Positions 8,930-18,897 are shown, counted from the first letter of the stretch. The stretch is DNA of 64,000 bases from Candidatus Woesebacteria bacterium RIFCSPHIGHO2_01_FULL_39_32 (GCA_001792345.1 MGGJ01000009.1:3711-67710), one strand, 5' to 3'. The notes: generated by a model from the sequence alone, not told the origin. Program-made: numbers and translations.

Positions 8930-10639
8930 TTAACTAAGCTTTAAATCTTTAACTTTTAACTGCAAACTTTTGTTACCATTCCAGGTATCAAGAGATAGAT
9001 TGTAGGCAATACCAACTTTCTTATTGGGGGAGAGCAGAGGAGCGATTTCACCTTTCCCAAAAGCAATTGCGTTAAATATTTTATCGTCTTTTTCAAGTGT
9101 AAGTTTTAAATGCTTCCCTTCTGCCCCAACCGTTCGAGCATCGACAACACTTACATTTTTTGTAATAAATACGGGCGTGGGGTTCCCAATTCCTGTTGGT
9201 TCAAATTTTGAAATCTCCGCTTCAAGTTCCACATTTAAGTTCTTAAATTCTACCTCCGTATCGACCTTCAATTTTTTGGTTAATACATCGTCCGTAAGTA
9301 ACGGCGAAGTAATTTCTTCAAATTTTTTTGCGAAAATTTCTATCTTTCCGGTTTCAATACTAAACCCTGCAGCCATTGGGTGACCACCTCCACCCAAAGT
9401 AATACTATCAAGCTTCCTTATCGATTCGATAATGTTAAACCCCGAAATTGAACGAGCGGAAGCTTTACTAATCTTTTTTCCTTTTGACAAAACTATAGCT
9501 GGTCTATAAAACTCTTCAACCAATTTTGATGCAGCTAAACCAATTACTCCTTCGTGATAGCTCTCGTGCGCTAAAACTATAGCGCCGCTCCATTCATTTT
9601 TTTGTGCCATTTTTCGGGCATGCAAAACCACTTCATCAACAACCCTTTGACGTTCTCTATTTGTTCTTCCCAAGAAATTCGCAAGTTCTCTCGCTTTTTG
9701 AGAATTTTTGGTGCATAAAAGTCGTAAGGAATCGATGGCATGCTCCATTCGTCCCATCGCATTTATCCGTGGGGCAATAATAAAGTTAACTTCGTAAGTT
9801 CCAATCTTTGCACCTTGCAGGGTACGACCCTGCAAATTTCTTAAACCAGCTTCTTCATACAAAGCAAGCAGGCCAGGCCTTCCCGTATAGTTCAAAGCTT
9901 CTAAGCCATATTTTGCAAAAGAACGGTTTGGACCAAGCAAAGGCAATTGATCCGCAATAGTGCCCATGGCAGCCAGTTCTAAACTGTTTCCTATTAGGAT
10001 TTGGGATTTGGGATTTGGGATTTTTTTAATAATCTCTCTTGCTAATATCCAAGCCACTCCCGCTCCGGAAATCTTGTCCGTATGAATAATGGAATATGCC
10101 TTCGGAAGTTTTTTTCCTTTCTGGTGATGATCAGTAATAATTACGTCGATTCCAAGTTTGTTCGCCTTATCAACAGCATCATTTGCTACAATACCGTTAT
10201 CTACAGTAATTAAAAGTTTGAAATTTGGAAATTGGGATTTGAGATTTCCAATGCTTCCAGCATTGGCGCCATAACCTTCATCAAACCTGTTTGGAATGTA
10301 CGGGATAACGTTCTTAGTTAAGGAATACAGACATTCCCACAAAACTGCTGTTGCGCAAATACCATCTGCATCATAATCGCCGTATATAATTATTTGCTCT
10401 TTATTCTTTATCGCATTTTTAACTCGTTTTATAGCTTTATCAAGCTGTTTTTGATCCAAATTTAAACTTTTAACTGTAATTTTTCCGGGATGTATAGGAT
10501 TAAAAAACTCCTCTTTTTGGCTTTTAGTTTTCAAGCCACGATTCTCCAGCAAGATATTAATAATTTCGTTTATTTGAAATTTGGATTCTGGATTCTGGAT
10601 TTTCTTGAGTATCTCCCACCTTAAATCTTTATTTACCAT
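8930..10639 (-). CDS. recJ: Single-stranded-DNA-specific exonuclease RecJ
   Basis: DHH motifs (IIIYGDYDADGICA; ITDHHQ) and a DHHA1-like C-terminal region (GGGHPMAAG). Confidence 0.85.
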   Translation of the reverse strand: MVNKDLRWEILKKIQNPESKFQINEIINILLENRGLKTKSQKEEFFNPIHPGKITVKSLNLDQKQLDKAIKRVKNAIKNKEQIIIYGDYDADGICATAVLWECLYSLTKNVIPYIPNRFDEGYGANAGSIGNLKSQFPNFKLLITVDNGIVANDAVDKANKLGIDVIITDHHQKGKKLPKAYSIIHTDKISGAGVAWILAREIIKKIPNPKSQILIGNSLELAAMGTIADQLPLLGPNRSFAKYGLEALNYTGRPGLLALYEEAGLRNLQGRTLQGAKIGTYEVNFIIAPRINAMGRMEHAIDSLRLLCTKNSQKARELANFLGRTNRERQRVVDEVVLHARKMAQKNEWSGAIVLAHESYHEGVIGLAASKLVEEFYRPAIVLSKGKKISKASARSISGFNIIESIRKLDSITLGGGGHPMAAGFSIETGKIEIFAKKFEEITSPLLTDDVLTKKLKVDTEVEFKNLNVELEAEISKFEPTGIGNPTPVFITKNVSVVDARTVGAEGKHLKLTLEKDDKIFNAIAFGKGEIAPLLSPNKKVGIAYNLSLDTWNGNKSLQLKVKDLKLS

Positions 10640-10732
10640 ATCTACTTTCCTAATATCTTAAGTATATTAATATCCTACGACTATGTAGTAGTCGAACAAA
10701 TATCTAATTATCTGAAGTATAATGGTATCACG

Positions 10733-12154
10733 ATGAAAGTAGAAATACCCTCCAAGGTTGAGGAAATTGTAGACAAATTTGAGCAAACCGGCTATGAAAT
10801 TTATATAGTCGGAGGGGCAGTGCGAGATATTTTGATGGGTAAGTCGGTCTACGATTGGGATTTCGCAACAAAAGCAACTCCCGATGAAATTCTCAAGTTA
10901 TTTAAAGATGCGTATTACACTAACGAATTCGGAACGGTAGGAATACCAAATGAAAATAAAGACGAAAGACCTTATGAGATAACAACCTTTAGAACAGAAC
11001 ATGGATACTCAGACGCCAGACGTCCGGATAAAGTCGAATGGGGAAAAACTCTTGAGGAAGACTTGAAAAGACGCGATTTTACTTGGAATGCAATGGCCTT
11101 AAAACCAGAGCATGAGAGTAAAAGAGTAAAAGAGTTTAAGTCTGAAAAAACTAAGACCACTCAAGCTCTTACACTATCAAGCCCTTTCACTCTAATTGAT
11201 CCCTTCGCTGGCCAAGAAGACATTAAAGACAAGCTAGTCCGAGCAGTTGGTGATCCTAACGAACGCTTTTCTGAAGATGGACTCCGACTGATGCGAGCTA
11301 TTCGAATAGCGACGGAACTTATGTTTACTATCGAAGAAAAAACATTTGAGGCTATAAGGGTAAACGCTTCTTTAATCAATAAAATTTCAAAAGAAAGAGT
11401 GAGGGATGAACTTTTTAAAATACTTAAATCTCCTAATCCGTACGAGGGGATATTACTTTTTAAAAATTCGGGTTTAATGCAGGAGATTTTACCTGAAATG
11501 GAAAAAACATTTGGAGTCGAGCAGAAATCTCCGGGGAGACATCATATTTACGATGTCGGAACTCATAGTCTTTACTCGCTGAAGCATGTTGCTGAAAGAA
11601 ACTCGGATCCTGTCGTACGATTCGCAACTTTAATCCATGACATCGGTAAACCTCAAACATTTAAAAAATTGGGTAACGGGACAATTACCTTTTATAACCA
11701 TGAAATTATTAGCGCTCAAATTGTCAAAAGAATTGCGGATAGACTCAGGTTTTCTAACAAAGAAAAGGATAAATTATACAGACTAGTCAGATATCACCAA
11801 TTTAGTGTTGACGAAAGGCAAACTGATTCAGCCCTTCGAAGATTTTTAAGAAAAGTTGGGTTGGAAAACGTTGGCGACATGCTCGACCTACGGGTTGGAG
11901 ACCGTCTCGGAGGAGGAGCAAGAGAAACAAGCTGGCGCTTGGAAGAATTCAAAAAAAGACTTATCGAAGTTCAGAAACAACCTTTCACTGTCCACGATTT
12001 AAAAATTAAAGGTAATGATGTAATGAAAGTATTAGGAATAGAACCCGGACCTATGGTTGGAAAGGTATTAGATAAATTATTCGAAGAAGTCGTCGAGAAA
12101 AAAATTGAAAATGAAAAAAGCGTGCTTCTTAATAGAATCAAAAATCTATCGTAA
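10733..12154 (+). CDS. cca: CCA-adding tRNA nucleotidyltransferase with an HD domain
   Basis: PolyA-polymerase head domain (IYIVGGAVRDILMG...DWDFAT) and an HD domain (RHHIYDVGTHSL...LIHDIGKP). Confidence 0.8.
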   Translation: MKVEIPSKVEEIVDKFEQTGYEIYIVGGAVRDILMGKSVYDWDFATKATPDEILKLFKDAYYTNEFGTVGIPNENKDERPYEITTFRTEHGYSDARRPDKVEWGKTLEEDLKRRDFTWNAMALKPEHESKRVKEFKSEKTKTTQALTLSSPFTLIDPFAGQEDIKDKLVRAVGDPNERFSEDGLRLMRAIRIATELMFTIEEKTFEAIRVNASLINKISKERVRDELFKILKSPNPYEGILLFKNSGLMQEILPEMEKTFGVEQKSPGRHHIYDVGTHSLYSLKHVAERNSDPVVRFATLIHDIGKPQTFKKLGNGTITFYNHEIISAQIVKRIADRLRFSNKEKDKLYRLVRYHQFSVDERQTDSALRRFLRKVGLENVGDMLDLRVGDRLGGGARETSWRLEEFKKRLIEVQKQPFTVHDLKIKGNDVMKVLGIEPGPMVGKVLDKLFEEVVEKKIENEKSVLLNRIKNLS

Positions 12155-12178
12155 AAATCATTTTAAATTTAGTCCTAC

Positions 12179-12208
12179 TTGTTCTATTGTTCTAGAACAG
12201 TAGAACAA
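12179..12208. promoter_or_regulatory. 30-bp near-perfect palindrome TTGTTCTATTGTTCT/AGAACAGTAGAACAA. A putative operator; first of two copies.
   Basis: Read directly from the sequence: 14 of 15 half-site positions are self-complementary. It sits 12 bp upstream of the 12220 ORF. Confidence 0.4.
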
Positions 12209-12219
12209 ATTGTAAAGAA

Positions 12220-12519
12220 ATGTTTGAAAAAATTTTACAAGTTGTAGAACGTTCTAATGCGAAATTAACTGGAAATCTTGATCAATTTTTCAAACGTTTT
12301 GCTCCTTTCAAAGAGTTGCCTTTTTTCGCCACACACTTTACGGATTTTACAAAAGTAATTATTTATTCTTTCTTTGTGCTTATTCCACTCCTGATACTTA
12401 AAATACTTTTTCCTTACAAACGTCGTTTCACTTACCCTATTTTGCTGATTCTCGGAATAATAGGCTTAAGTCTTTTTGGAATTTTCCTCGGCTTTCTCCA
12501 ACTTTTATATGGTTTCTGA
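12220..12519 (+). CDS. Small hypothetical membrane protein
   Basis: ORF with two hydrophobic segments. Confidence 0.4.
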   Translation: MFEKILQVVERSNAKLTGNLDQFFKRFAPFKELPFFATHFTDFTKVIIYSFFVLIPLLILKILFPYKRRFTYPILLILGIIGLSLFGIFLGFLQLLYGF

Positions 12520-12651
12520 TTTTTTGTAGAAAAACCTTAAATTTCAAATTCTTTAATTCTATGTTGAGATGTGAGAAATGATGAGAAGTTTGACACTTGG
12601 CATAGACTTTCCTTGATTTTAGACCCTTACTTGGTGCTAATATAATAGACA

Positions 12652-13311
12652 GTGAAAAAGAAAAAGTTTGTAAAAAATCATTTAATTTTTATTCTTTTGT
12701 CTATTATATTTCTTATAGTAGGAGTATTAGTAATTTTAAAATCTCAATTTGGAACTCGTTTACTTTCACAAATCACACAAAATGCAAATAATTATTTTGA
12801 GGTAGATAATAAAGTTGAAGAATATAATCCAAATTGGGATAAAAGACCGACGTTACCTCAACCTTTAAGTAAATGGGAGGTTAATACATCACCTAATTAT
12901 TATTCTGAGTTTTTAGCAAAATACTCGTGCTCGGACTTTAACTGTCTCGCTGATCAATCAGCATATGACCTGAATATGGCTGATATCAAAGCATACTATA
13001 TCCAAGATACCTGGGAAGACACTTTTAAAAGGATTATGTGGTATTGTGGGGCTTCTGGACTAGGTGGAGAAGTTTGGTGTGAGTATGTAAACTACAAAGA
13101 CTTCACAAGTAGCCGTGGTGCAAAGGGATTTGTTATCACTCAGACTAGAAATTATACTGGTATTCGAACTGAAGTCGTTGAAGATAGAAGTTACGTATTT
13201 CCGGTAAACGATAAGAATTTTCCGGCAGTAATTCTTTATACGGGTTTACCAAATCCGGACAATTTAGCCTTTTTGGATAAAGTAGCAGATTCCTTCTTGG
13301 CAGGGGAATAA
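12652..13311 (+). CDS. Hypothetical secreted/membrane-anchored protein
   Basis: N-terminal transmembrane segment (LIFILLSIIFLIVGVLVIL). An upstream TAATATAAT -10-like element is present. Confidence 0.45.
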   Translation: MKKKKFVKNHLIFILLSIIFLIVGVLVILKSQFGTRLLSQITQNANNYFEVDNKVEEYNPNWDKRPTLPQPLSKWEVNTSPNYYSEFLAKYSCSDFNCLADQSAYDLNMADIKAYYIQDTWEDTFKRIMWYCGASGLGGEVWCEYVNYKDFTSSRGAKGFVITQTRNYTGIRTEVVEDRSYVFPVNDKNFPAVILYTGLPNPDNLAFLDKVADSFLAGE

Positions 13312-13344
13312 CGCCAACTTCAATAAATGCAATTATTAAAACAC

Positions 13345-14178
13345 TTAGGGCAAACTTTCGCAGGCAACTCCGTCACCGTCGGAATCGAGTTTATGAATAT
13401 CATTTGATGCACCGCCGCAGGAATCAAAAACTGACTGAGCTTCTGCATGAATCTTAAAATCAGTACAATTATATTTATTTGAACTACAATCTGCTGTACC
13501 CGTGGACTGTATCACGGTAACATCGTTCTTCGCTTTTTCGTCACCGGTGTTTACCTGAAGCTTAACATCTTGCTCGGACCCACTCACACATTTACTCCAA
13601 AGCCCTCGATTATTATCCCGAGCGTCTTTTTCGGCAGCTCTAAATAATTCGGAATACCTTACATCTGGCGGATACGTAACCGCTGTCGCATATCCCTCAC
13701 GCACTAAATACTCATTAACAAAAAGCTCTCCTTGTCCTGACTCTAAGGGTACCCATACATATCGTAAAAGTCTATTGTATCTATCTGTTTCCGAGACATC
13801 TTTTTCCAGACGAATTTCTTTACCTAATACCAGTTCGGTATTTTTCGCAGTCGACTCGTTAGCAAAACACTCTCGACCTCCGGAAATTTCAGGTGTATCT
13901 ATACCGATATAGCGAACAGTTTCACTATTCTCTAATCGTATCGTATCCCCGTCAATAACCTTTGTCACCTTGATTAAATCTCCTACAACCTCTTGCTTCT
14001 CACCAATAACTTGAGGGGTAACATTCGAAATATTTTGGGTAATCTCCGAAGGTCCATTCTTGTCAGAGATCTGTCTAATAACAGGCTTTTGCAACCGACC
14101 GACGAAAACAATAATGAAAATAAAATTCAGTAAAACTGAGAAAAGGAGAAAATAATTTCTCTTGCTGATATAAGCCAT
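13345..14178 (-). CDS. Secreted thermonuclease (SNase-like) with a C-terminal Excalibur Ca-binding domain
   Basis: SNase core (DGDTIRL...RYIGIDTPE...NEYLVREGYA). C-terminal DxDxDGxxCE motif (LDSDGDGVACE). N-terminal transmembrane/signal segment. Confidence 0.75.
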   Translation of the reverse strand: MAYISKRNYFLLFSVLLNFIFIIVFVGRLQKPVIRQISDKNGPSEITQNISNVTPQVIGEKQEVVGDLIKVTKVIDGDTIRLENSETVRYIGIDTPEISGGRECFANESTAKNTELVLGKEIRLEKDVSETDRYNRLLRYVWVPLESGQGELFVNEYLVREGYATAVTYPPDVRYSELFRAAEKDARDNNRGLWSKCVSGSEQDVKLQVNTGDEKAKNDVTVIQSTGTADCSSNKYNCTDFKIHAEAQSVFDSCGGASNDIHKLDSDGDGVACESLP

Positions 14179-14183
14179 AAAGC

Positions 14184-15062
14184 TTACTTTTTAAACTTCA
14201 GTCTTTTTGAAAGGTTATCCCAAGTTACCAAAAGCGGGACTGCCACGAATGGAGACGAATAGGTTCCAAGAACTGTCCCTATAAAAAGTGCAACGGCGAA
14301 CCATCTTATGGTCGAACCACCCAAAAGAATGAGTGCAACTAACATAAAGGTAATTGTGAACGAATTATTAAGAGATCTAACCATTGTTTCGGTAATTGAT
14401 TTGTTTGCTAAATCATATAAATTTACTCCGAATCTCTTCTGAGACTCTCTAATTCTGTCATAAACAACAATTGTGTCGTGAACCGAAAAAGAAAGTGTAG
14501 TTAAAACAGCAGTAACAAAAAGGAAGTCGACCTCCGCGCCCCAAAAATGTCCGAGAATAGCAAATAATCCGACTAAATTAAACGTATCATGAAACATTGC
14601 AAGTATTGCCGAGGCGCCAAACATAATACTTTTGAATTGGTAGGCAACCCAGAGAAGTATAACTACCGCAGCTATTGTAATAGCATAAATTGTCTTTTTG
14701 ACCAGTTCTGGGCCAATCGATGGACCTACTGTTTCAAACCGCAATTCTTCAAAAGTTTTGCCAGATCCTTCTAATACCGATTTAAATTTGTCTTTTTCTT
14801 CAGGGTTGAGTGGAGATAAACGGAAAATATACTGTTTCTCACCTGTGGTTTGAACACTTGAAACTTCAATCCCCTCATTTTCTAGACTCTTTGAAACTTC
14901 TTCTGTGGAAAGAGATTCTTGGAATTTATATTCTGCAATTGTTCCTCCTTTGAAGTCGACTCCAAGATTAAATCCCCACGAAACTAAACTGTAAACTCCA
15001 ATAACAATCAAAATTATTGAAATTACAAAATAAATTTTCCTGTATTTCATCCAATCAATCAT
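14184..15062 (-). CDS. secF: Protein-export membrane protein SecF
   Basis: Six-transmembrane SecF topology. Overlaps secD by 4 nt. Confidence 0.8.
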   Translation of the reverse strand: MIDWMKYRKIYFVISIILIVIGVYSLVSWGFNLGVDFKGGTIAEYKFQESLSTEEVSKSLENEGIEVSSVQTTGEKQYIFRLSPLNPEEKDKFKSVLEGSGKTFEELRFETVGPSIGPELVKKTIYAITIAAVVILLWVAYQFKSIMFGASAILAMFHDTFNLVGLFAILGHFWGAEVDFLFVTAVLTTLSFSVHDTIVVYDRIRESQKRFGVNLYDLANKSITETMVRSLNNSFTITFMLVALILLGGSTIRWFAVALFIGTVLGTYSSPFVAVPLLVTWDNLSKRLKFKK

Positions 15063-16393
15063 TTTATTTTTTTCTCTTTAATGAAAATCCTTAGTAAATT
15101 TCTACTTACTACTATTCCGGTGAATAAACTGATCAGAATACCCAAAGATAGGGTAATTGCAAATCCTCTTACAGGACCAGATGTGTGTAAAAATGATAAA
15201 TCAAGTGGATTTGCCAAAATAAATGCAGTAACAAGCGTTGCTATATTTGCATCCCTTATGGAGTCCCAGGCTCTACCGAATGAAACTTCCAGTGCATTTT
15301 TATATGCACGTAACTTACGCTCTTCTTTAAATCGCTCGAAAATAAGGATATTTGAGTCAACTGCCATTCCTACTGATAGAAGAAATCCCGCAATTCCGGG
15401 TAATGTCAAAACTACAGGAATAAGTTTGTAAAGGGCTAAAGTTAGCACGCCAAAAATAGTAAGCGCTATGTTGGCAACTACACCCAACCTACCGTAGGCA
15501 AGTACCATAAAGACTAATACCATAAAAAGTCCGGTTAAGCCTGCACGTATACTTTTTGTAACGGACTCGGCTCCCAGTGTTGCTCCAACCGTACGTTGTT
15601 CAACTAGACTAACCGGGACAGGTAATGCCCCCGCGTTTAACTGAATTGACAAATTTTTAGCCGCCTCCAGTGTAAACTCCCCGCTTATAATAGCGGATCC
15701 TCCGGTAATTTTTTCTTGTACAATAGGGGAAGATACTGGATCGCTATCAAGAAATATATGAACTGGCTTACCGATATTCCGTTCTGTGATCTCTGCAAAT
15801 TTTCTTGCACCCTCGTCTGTAAACTGCAATTGCACAACGGGTTTTCCCGTATTCGTGTCAAAAGTAACATCGGATTTTTTCAAATCCGCTCCAGTTAAAT
15901 CGGTTGGAAAAATTCCGGGTTCTTCTTCTGTGCCGCTTTCTGCAAAAGACAGTTGTGCTGTTTGTCCGATGAGATCTATCGCTTCTTTTGTATCTTTAAC
16001 TCCTGGAAGTTCTACAATAACCCTGTCCTTACCTTCAAAGGAGGAAATTTGGACGTTTGGCTCGGATATACCAAAAAAATTTACTCTCCGCTCGATTACA
16101 CTTCTTAAACTCGTCATGGCGACTTTACGTTCCGACTCACCCAAATTGCCAGCTTGCGCTTCAAAAACAAGGTGACTTCCACCAGCCAGATCAAGGCCCA
16201 GGACCAATTCGAAGTTATTTTTAATTGAAATTTTTTGCGTTTCTATATTAATTCCAGGTCTTACTATTTTCTTTTCGATTTGAACCGAACCTTTATGGAT
16301 AGATACAGGAATTTCAGGAGGTAAACTTATATACGCTGCAAAAAAACTTAATACAAATATTATTACTACTTTTATAAATGGAGATAGTTTCAT
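15059..16393 (-). CDS. secD: Protein-export membrane protein SecD
   Basis: SecD periplasmic and transmembrane regions. Tandem with secF. Confidence 0.8.
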   Translation of the reverse strand: MKLSPFIKVVIIFVLSFFAAYISLPPEIPVSIHKGSVQIEKKIVRPGINIETQKISIKNNFELVLGLDLAGGSHLVFEAQAGNLGESERKVAMTSLRSVIERRVNFFGISEPNVQISSFEGKDRVIVELPGVKDTKEAIDLIGQTAQLSFAESGTEEEPGIFPTDLTGADLKKSDVTFDTNTGKPVVQLQFTDEGARKFAEITERNIGKPVHIFLDSDPVSSPIVQEKITGGSAIISGEFTLEAAKNLSIQLNAGALPVPVSLVEQRTVGATLGAESVTKSIRAGLTGLFMVLVFMVLAYGRLGVVANIALTIFGVLTLALYKLIPVVLTLPGIAGFLLSVGMAVDSNILIFERFKEERKLRAYKNALEVSFGRAWDSIRDANIATLVTAFILANPLDLSFLHTSGPVRGFAITLSLGILISLFTGIVVSRNLLRIFIKEKKIK

Positions 16394-16408
16394 ATCGCGT
16401 ATGAGGAG

Positions 16409-16993
16409 TTAACTAACTAACTCTTGTTCATCACCAATTATCATAACTCGACTTCCGGACAAAATCCCAGTTAAGAATGGATCACGTCTTTTCTTCCGAA
16501 AATCAAACTCTTCTCTACTCATCACCGTGTAATTAATTTCTTTACTTCTTTTTGATTCTTCCTTTCGAATTAAAGCCGCAAGCTCAGGAAGAACTATATC
16601 CCCAACCACCAGAATATCAACTTCATCGTCACGCTTTCTTTCCTTTCTTCTAACAAAACGGCCTGAAAACATGATGAAGTTGACTTTTCCAATCTTACCT
16701 TTATTGGAAATTAAATCTAACCCCAAGTTTTTGGTTTTTGCAACCATCGACAAAAGGTCTCCGAAAAACGGGTACTCGGTGCGAAGCCAATAATAAACCC
16801 TATTCCCACGAGGCTCTTTCTTCAGAATTCCAGCTTTTTCAAAGCGTTCAAGTTCCCTTCGAACTGCGTTTATTTCTTCTTGAGTCTCCCTGACTACACC
16901 CCGAACATGATACATTTCGGTAATATCCGCCAGGAAAAGTTCCAATATCTTAATTCGAACTTTTGAAGTAATTATGTCTGAAAGATCTGCCAT
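16409..16993 (-). CDS. Winged-helix DNA-binding domain fused to a minimal nucleotidyltransferase fold. Putative regulator.
   Basis: N-terminal wHTH-like region (VRIKILELF...). Nucleotidyltransferase motif FSGRF-x10-DDEVDILVVGD, matching hG[GS]...DhDhhh. Confidence 0.4.
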   Translation of the reverse strand: MADLSDIITSKVRIKILELFLADITEMYHVRGVVRETQEEINAVRRELERFEKAGILKKEPRGNRVYYWLRTEYPFFGDLLSMVAKTKNLGLDLISNKGKIGKVNFIMFSGRFVRRKERKRDDEVDILVVGDIVLPELAALIRKEESKRSKEINYTVMSREEFDFRKKRRDPFLTGILSGSRVMIIGDEQELVS

Positions 16994-17017
16994 TTAATTT
17001 GGGCAGTGAGGGGCAAT

Positions 17018-18238
17018 TTAATAACTTATATCATTCCCTGCCGGAACTGCTTCGATCCAAATTTCTCCCCGTACAAAACTTATCTCTTTATCATCTTCGT
17101 CAAAAAATCTGGTTCTGTCATCTTGTGTCCTTTTTTTCCACGAACCGGAAATTACATCGCCGTTTTGGAAAATTAGTGCTTCGCCGGATCCTACTGTTGT
17201 ATAGAACATATGGCCTTCTTTGTCAACAGGTCCCTTTTCGGCAACAAATTGAACTATTACGTTTTTAGATGAAATTTGCTCTTTTCTTTCAAAATCCTGG
17301 TGTTCCTTGCCACCATTTAACCGAAGATATTTATTGCCTTCCTGCTTGTATTTCCAAGTCACATTGTAGTCAGGTTTATTACTCCAAAATTCGAAAGAAA
17401 TCTCGCTGTAGGCGGGTGTGGATAAGGGTTTTTCGTCCACAAATTTCCATACTGCAAAATCCTCGCCCCACGGATTGTCTTCAGAGTCGTTGAAACCAAA
17501 TCCTCTTTTTTCCGCTTCTTCGAATATTTTATCCGTAAATCCTTCGTATGAGTGTTCCCAAAGTGCTTTCTCGCCTAATCGATACTGATTCCGTACAACT
17601 GCCGGTGCCCCTAAATTAGTACCAGCATCCATTGCGTTACCGCTAGCTACTCTCCAACCTAGCTTGGTTAACATTTTGAAAGCATCAACCTCAGGCGCAA
17701 CGTCACCCCTTGTCTTTATCCCACCCGGACAATCTTTACAAATATTATTAGCTCCTCCGGAGTGGACAAATACAGGAAACTTACTGTATTCAGATGCCCA
17801 ATCAATAAAATAAACCCTAACACTTCTAATCGGTGCAATTCTTATATCTTTTATAGATGTCCCGCAGTAAAGCACTGCCAAAAATCTCGTAATACCACCC
17901 TCGGCAACCGCTTCATACACTACATCTGCATAGGACAAACCGGATTGAGGCCGCGAATCTAAATGATTCTCAATTATTGCTGTCATGGGCCGCCTTTTTT
18001 CCCAAATATCTCTTTCGGGTTTACTAAACATCTTTCCATTAATAGGACATTCCTCGGTTTTAGGTAAATTAGGGTCAATTCTTCCTCTTTCCTCTGCAAC
18101 TTTTTTTGCGCCCCCCTCAGGTCCACTTTTGAGATAAGAAAATAACGCCAAGCTTGTTCCGGTAGAAAATAAATAGACTCCTAACAAACTCACAAAAAAC
18201 ATGAACTTTTTGTTAGAAGTTAGGTTTTGTATATTCAT
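17018..18238 (-). CDS. Secreted protein resembling the DUF3048/YerB lipoprotein family
   Basis: Signal/transmembrane N-terminus. The segment LSYADVVYEAVAEGGITRFLAVLY is reminiscent of the DUF3048 core. The call is from pattern memory only. Confidence 0.35.
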   Translation of the reverse strand: MNIQNLTSNKKFMFFVSLLGVYLFSTGTSLALFSYLKSGPEGGAKKVAEERGRIDPNLPKTEECPINGKMFSKPERDIWEKRRPMTAIIENHLDSRPQSGLSYADVVYEAVAEGGITRFLAVLYCGTSIKDIRIAPIRSVRVYFIDWASEYSKFPVFVHSGGANNICKDCPGGIKTRGDVAPEVDAFKMLTKLGWRVASGNAMDAGTNLGAPAVVRNQYRLGEKALWEHSYEGFTDKIFEEAEKRGFGFNDSEDNPWGEDFAVWKFVDEKPLSTPAYSEISFEFWSNKPDYNVTWKYKQEGNKYLRLNGGKEHQDFERKEQISSKNVIVQFVAEKGPVDKEGHMFYTTVGSGEALIFQNGDVISGSWKKRTQDDRTRFFDEDDKEISFVRGEIWIEAVPAGNDISY

Positions 18239-18241
18239 AAT

Positions 18242-18709
18242 TCAATTTTTGCTTTTTTTCGCCTCTAGTAACGATTTCTTTTCCTCGCTGGAAAGCTCTA
18301 CATCCACTTTACCCTTTTTGACATTCTTTATATATACCCTAGTTCTCTCCCGAGTATGCAATCCTGTAATAATAACTCCGTTATCGTCTGCATCCAAAAG
18401 AGTTAGTACAAAGCTATGTTCTCCTCCCAATTCTTTAAAGGGATTAAATCGAAGCAAACTTATCTTTTGTAAATTCTTTCTACTTTTTTCTTCGAAATTT
18501 TGTAATGAACGAGAAAGCTCTTCAATCCCTCTGCTGTTTTGTTTTTCCCTATCAACCACTCTTTCAAGAATCGTTATAAGATTATCCTTCGTAACATCTT
18601 TTGAAAGAGACTTGAAATATCTAAAAATTCGATAATTTACAATACTCAAAGCGGTAAGCCAGATACCAAGCACCGCAAAAATAAAAAAAATAATCCCTTG
18701 CAAATCCAT
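18242..18709 (-). CDS. DUF4446-like membrane-anchored protein
   Basis: N-terminal transmembrane segment, then RFNPFKELGGEHSFVLTLLDADDNGVIITGLHTRERTRVY, which resembles the DUF4446 signature. Confidence 0.4.
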   Translation of the reverse strand: MDLQGIIFFIFAVLGIWLTALSIVNYRIFRYFKSLSKDVTKDNLITILERVVDREKQNSRGIEELSRSLQNFEEKSRKNLQKISLLRFNPFKELGGEHSFVLTLLDADDNGVIITGLHTRERTRVYIKNVKKGKVDVELSSEEKKSLLEAKKSKN

Positions 18710-18897
18710 AATTCAAAGGGCAGTCAGATCTTCGAGTACAATAATGACTCAAACATTTTTACATCTTGCACTTGGGGTGTCAAGCCACAATCATATAAAT
18801 TCATTGAGAAGCAACACAGTGAAATTGCGGAGATAAAATCTAAACCCCCCACTGAAAGGAAGGGAATTAACAATAAAGTCGTTAGACGTTTGGGTTC

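Noticed and set aside
9993-10020. Possible CRISPR-like or tandem repeat (gatttggg x3)
   Set aside because: Only three very short units with no spacers. They lie inside the recJ coding sequence and encode a low-complexity linker.
10678-10694. Short palindrome CGACTA-tgtag-TAGTCG in the recJ/cca divergent region
   Set aside because: Only 6-bp arms. This is within chance for an AT-rich intergenic region. Noted but not supported as a regulatory site.
12179-12208. LexA/SOS box interpretation of the 30-bp palindromes
   Set aside because: The recA upstream region (62664-62729) lacks the motif, and the half-site does not match known LexA consensus sequences.
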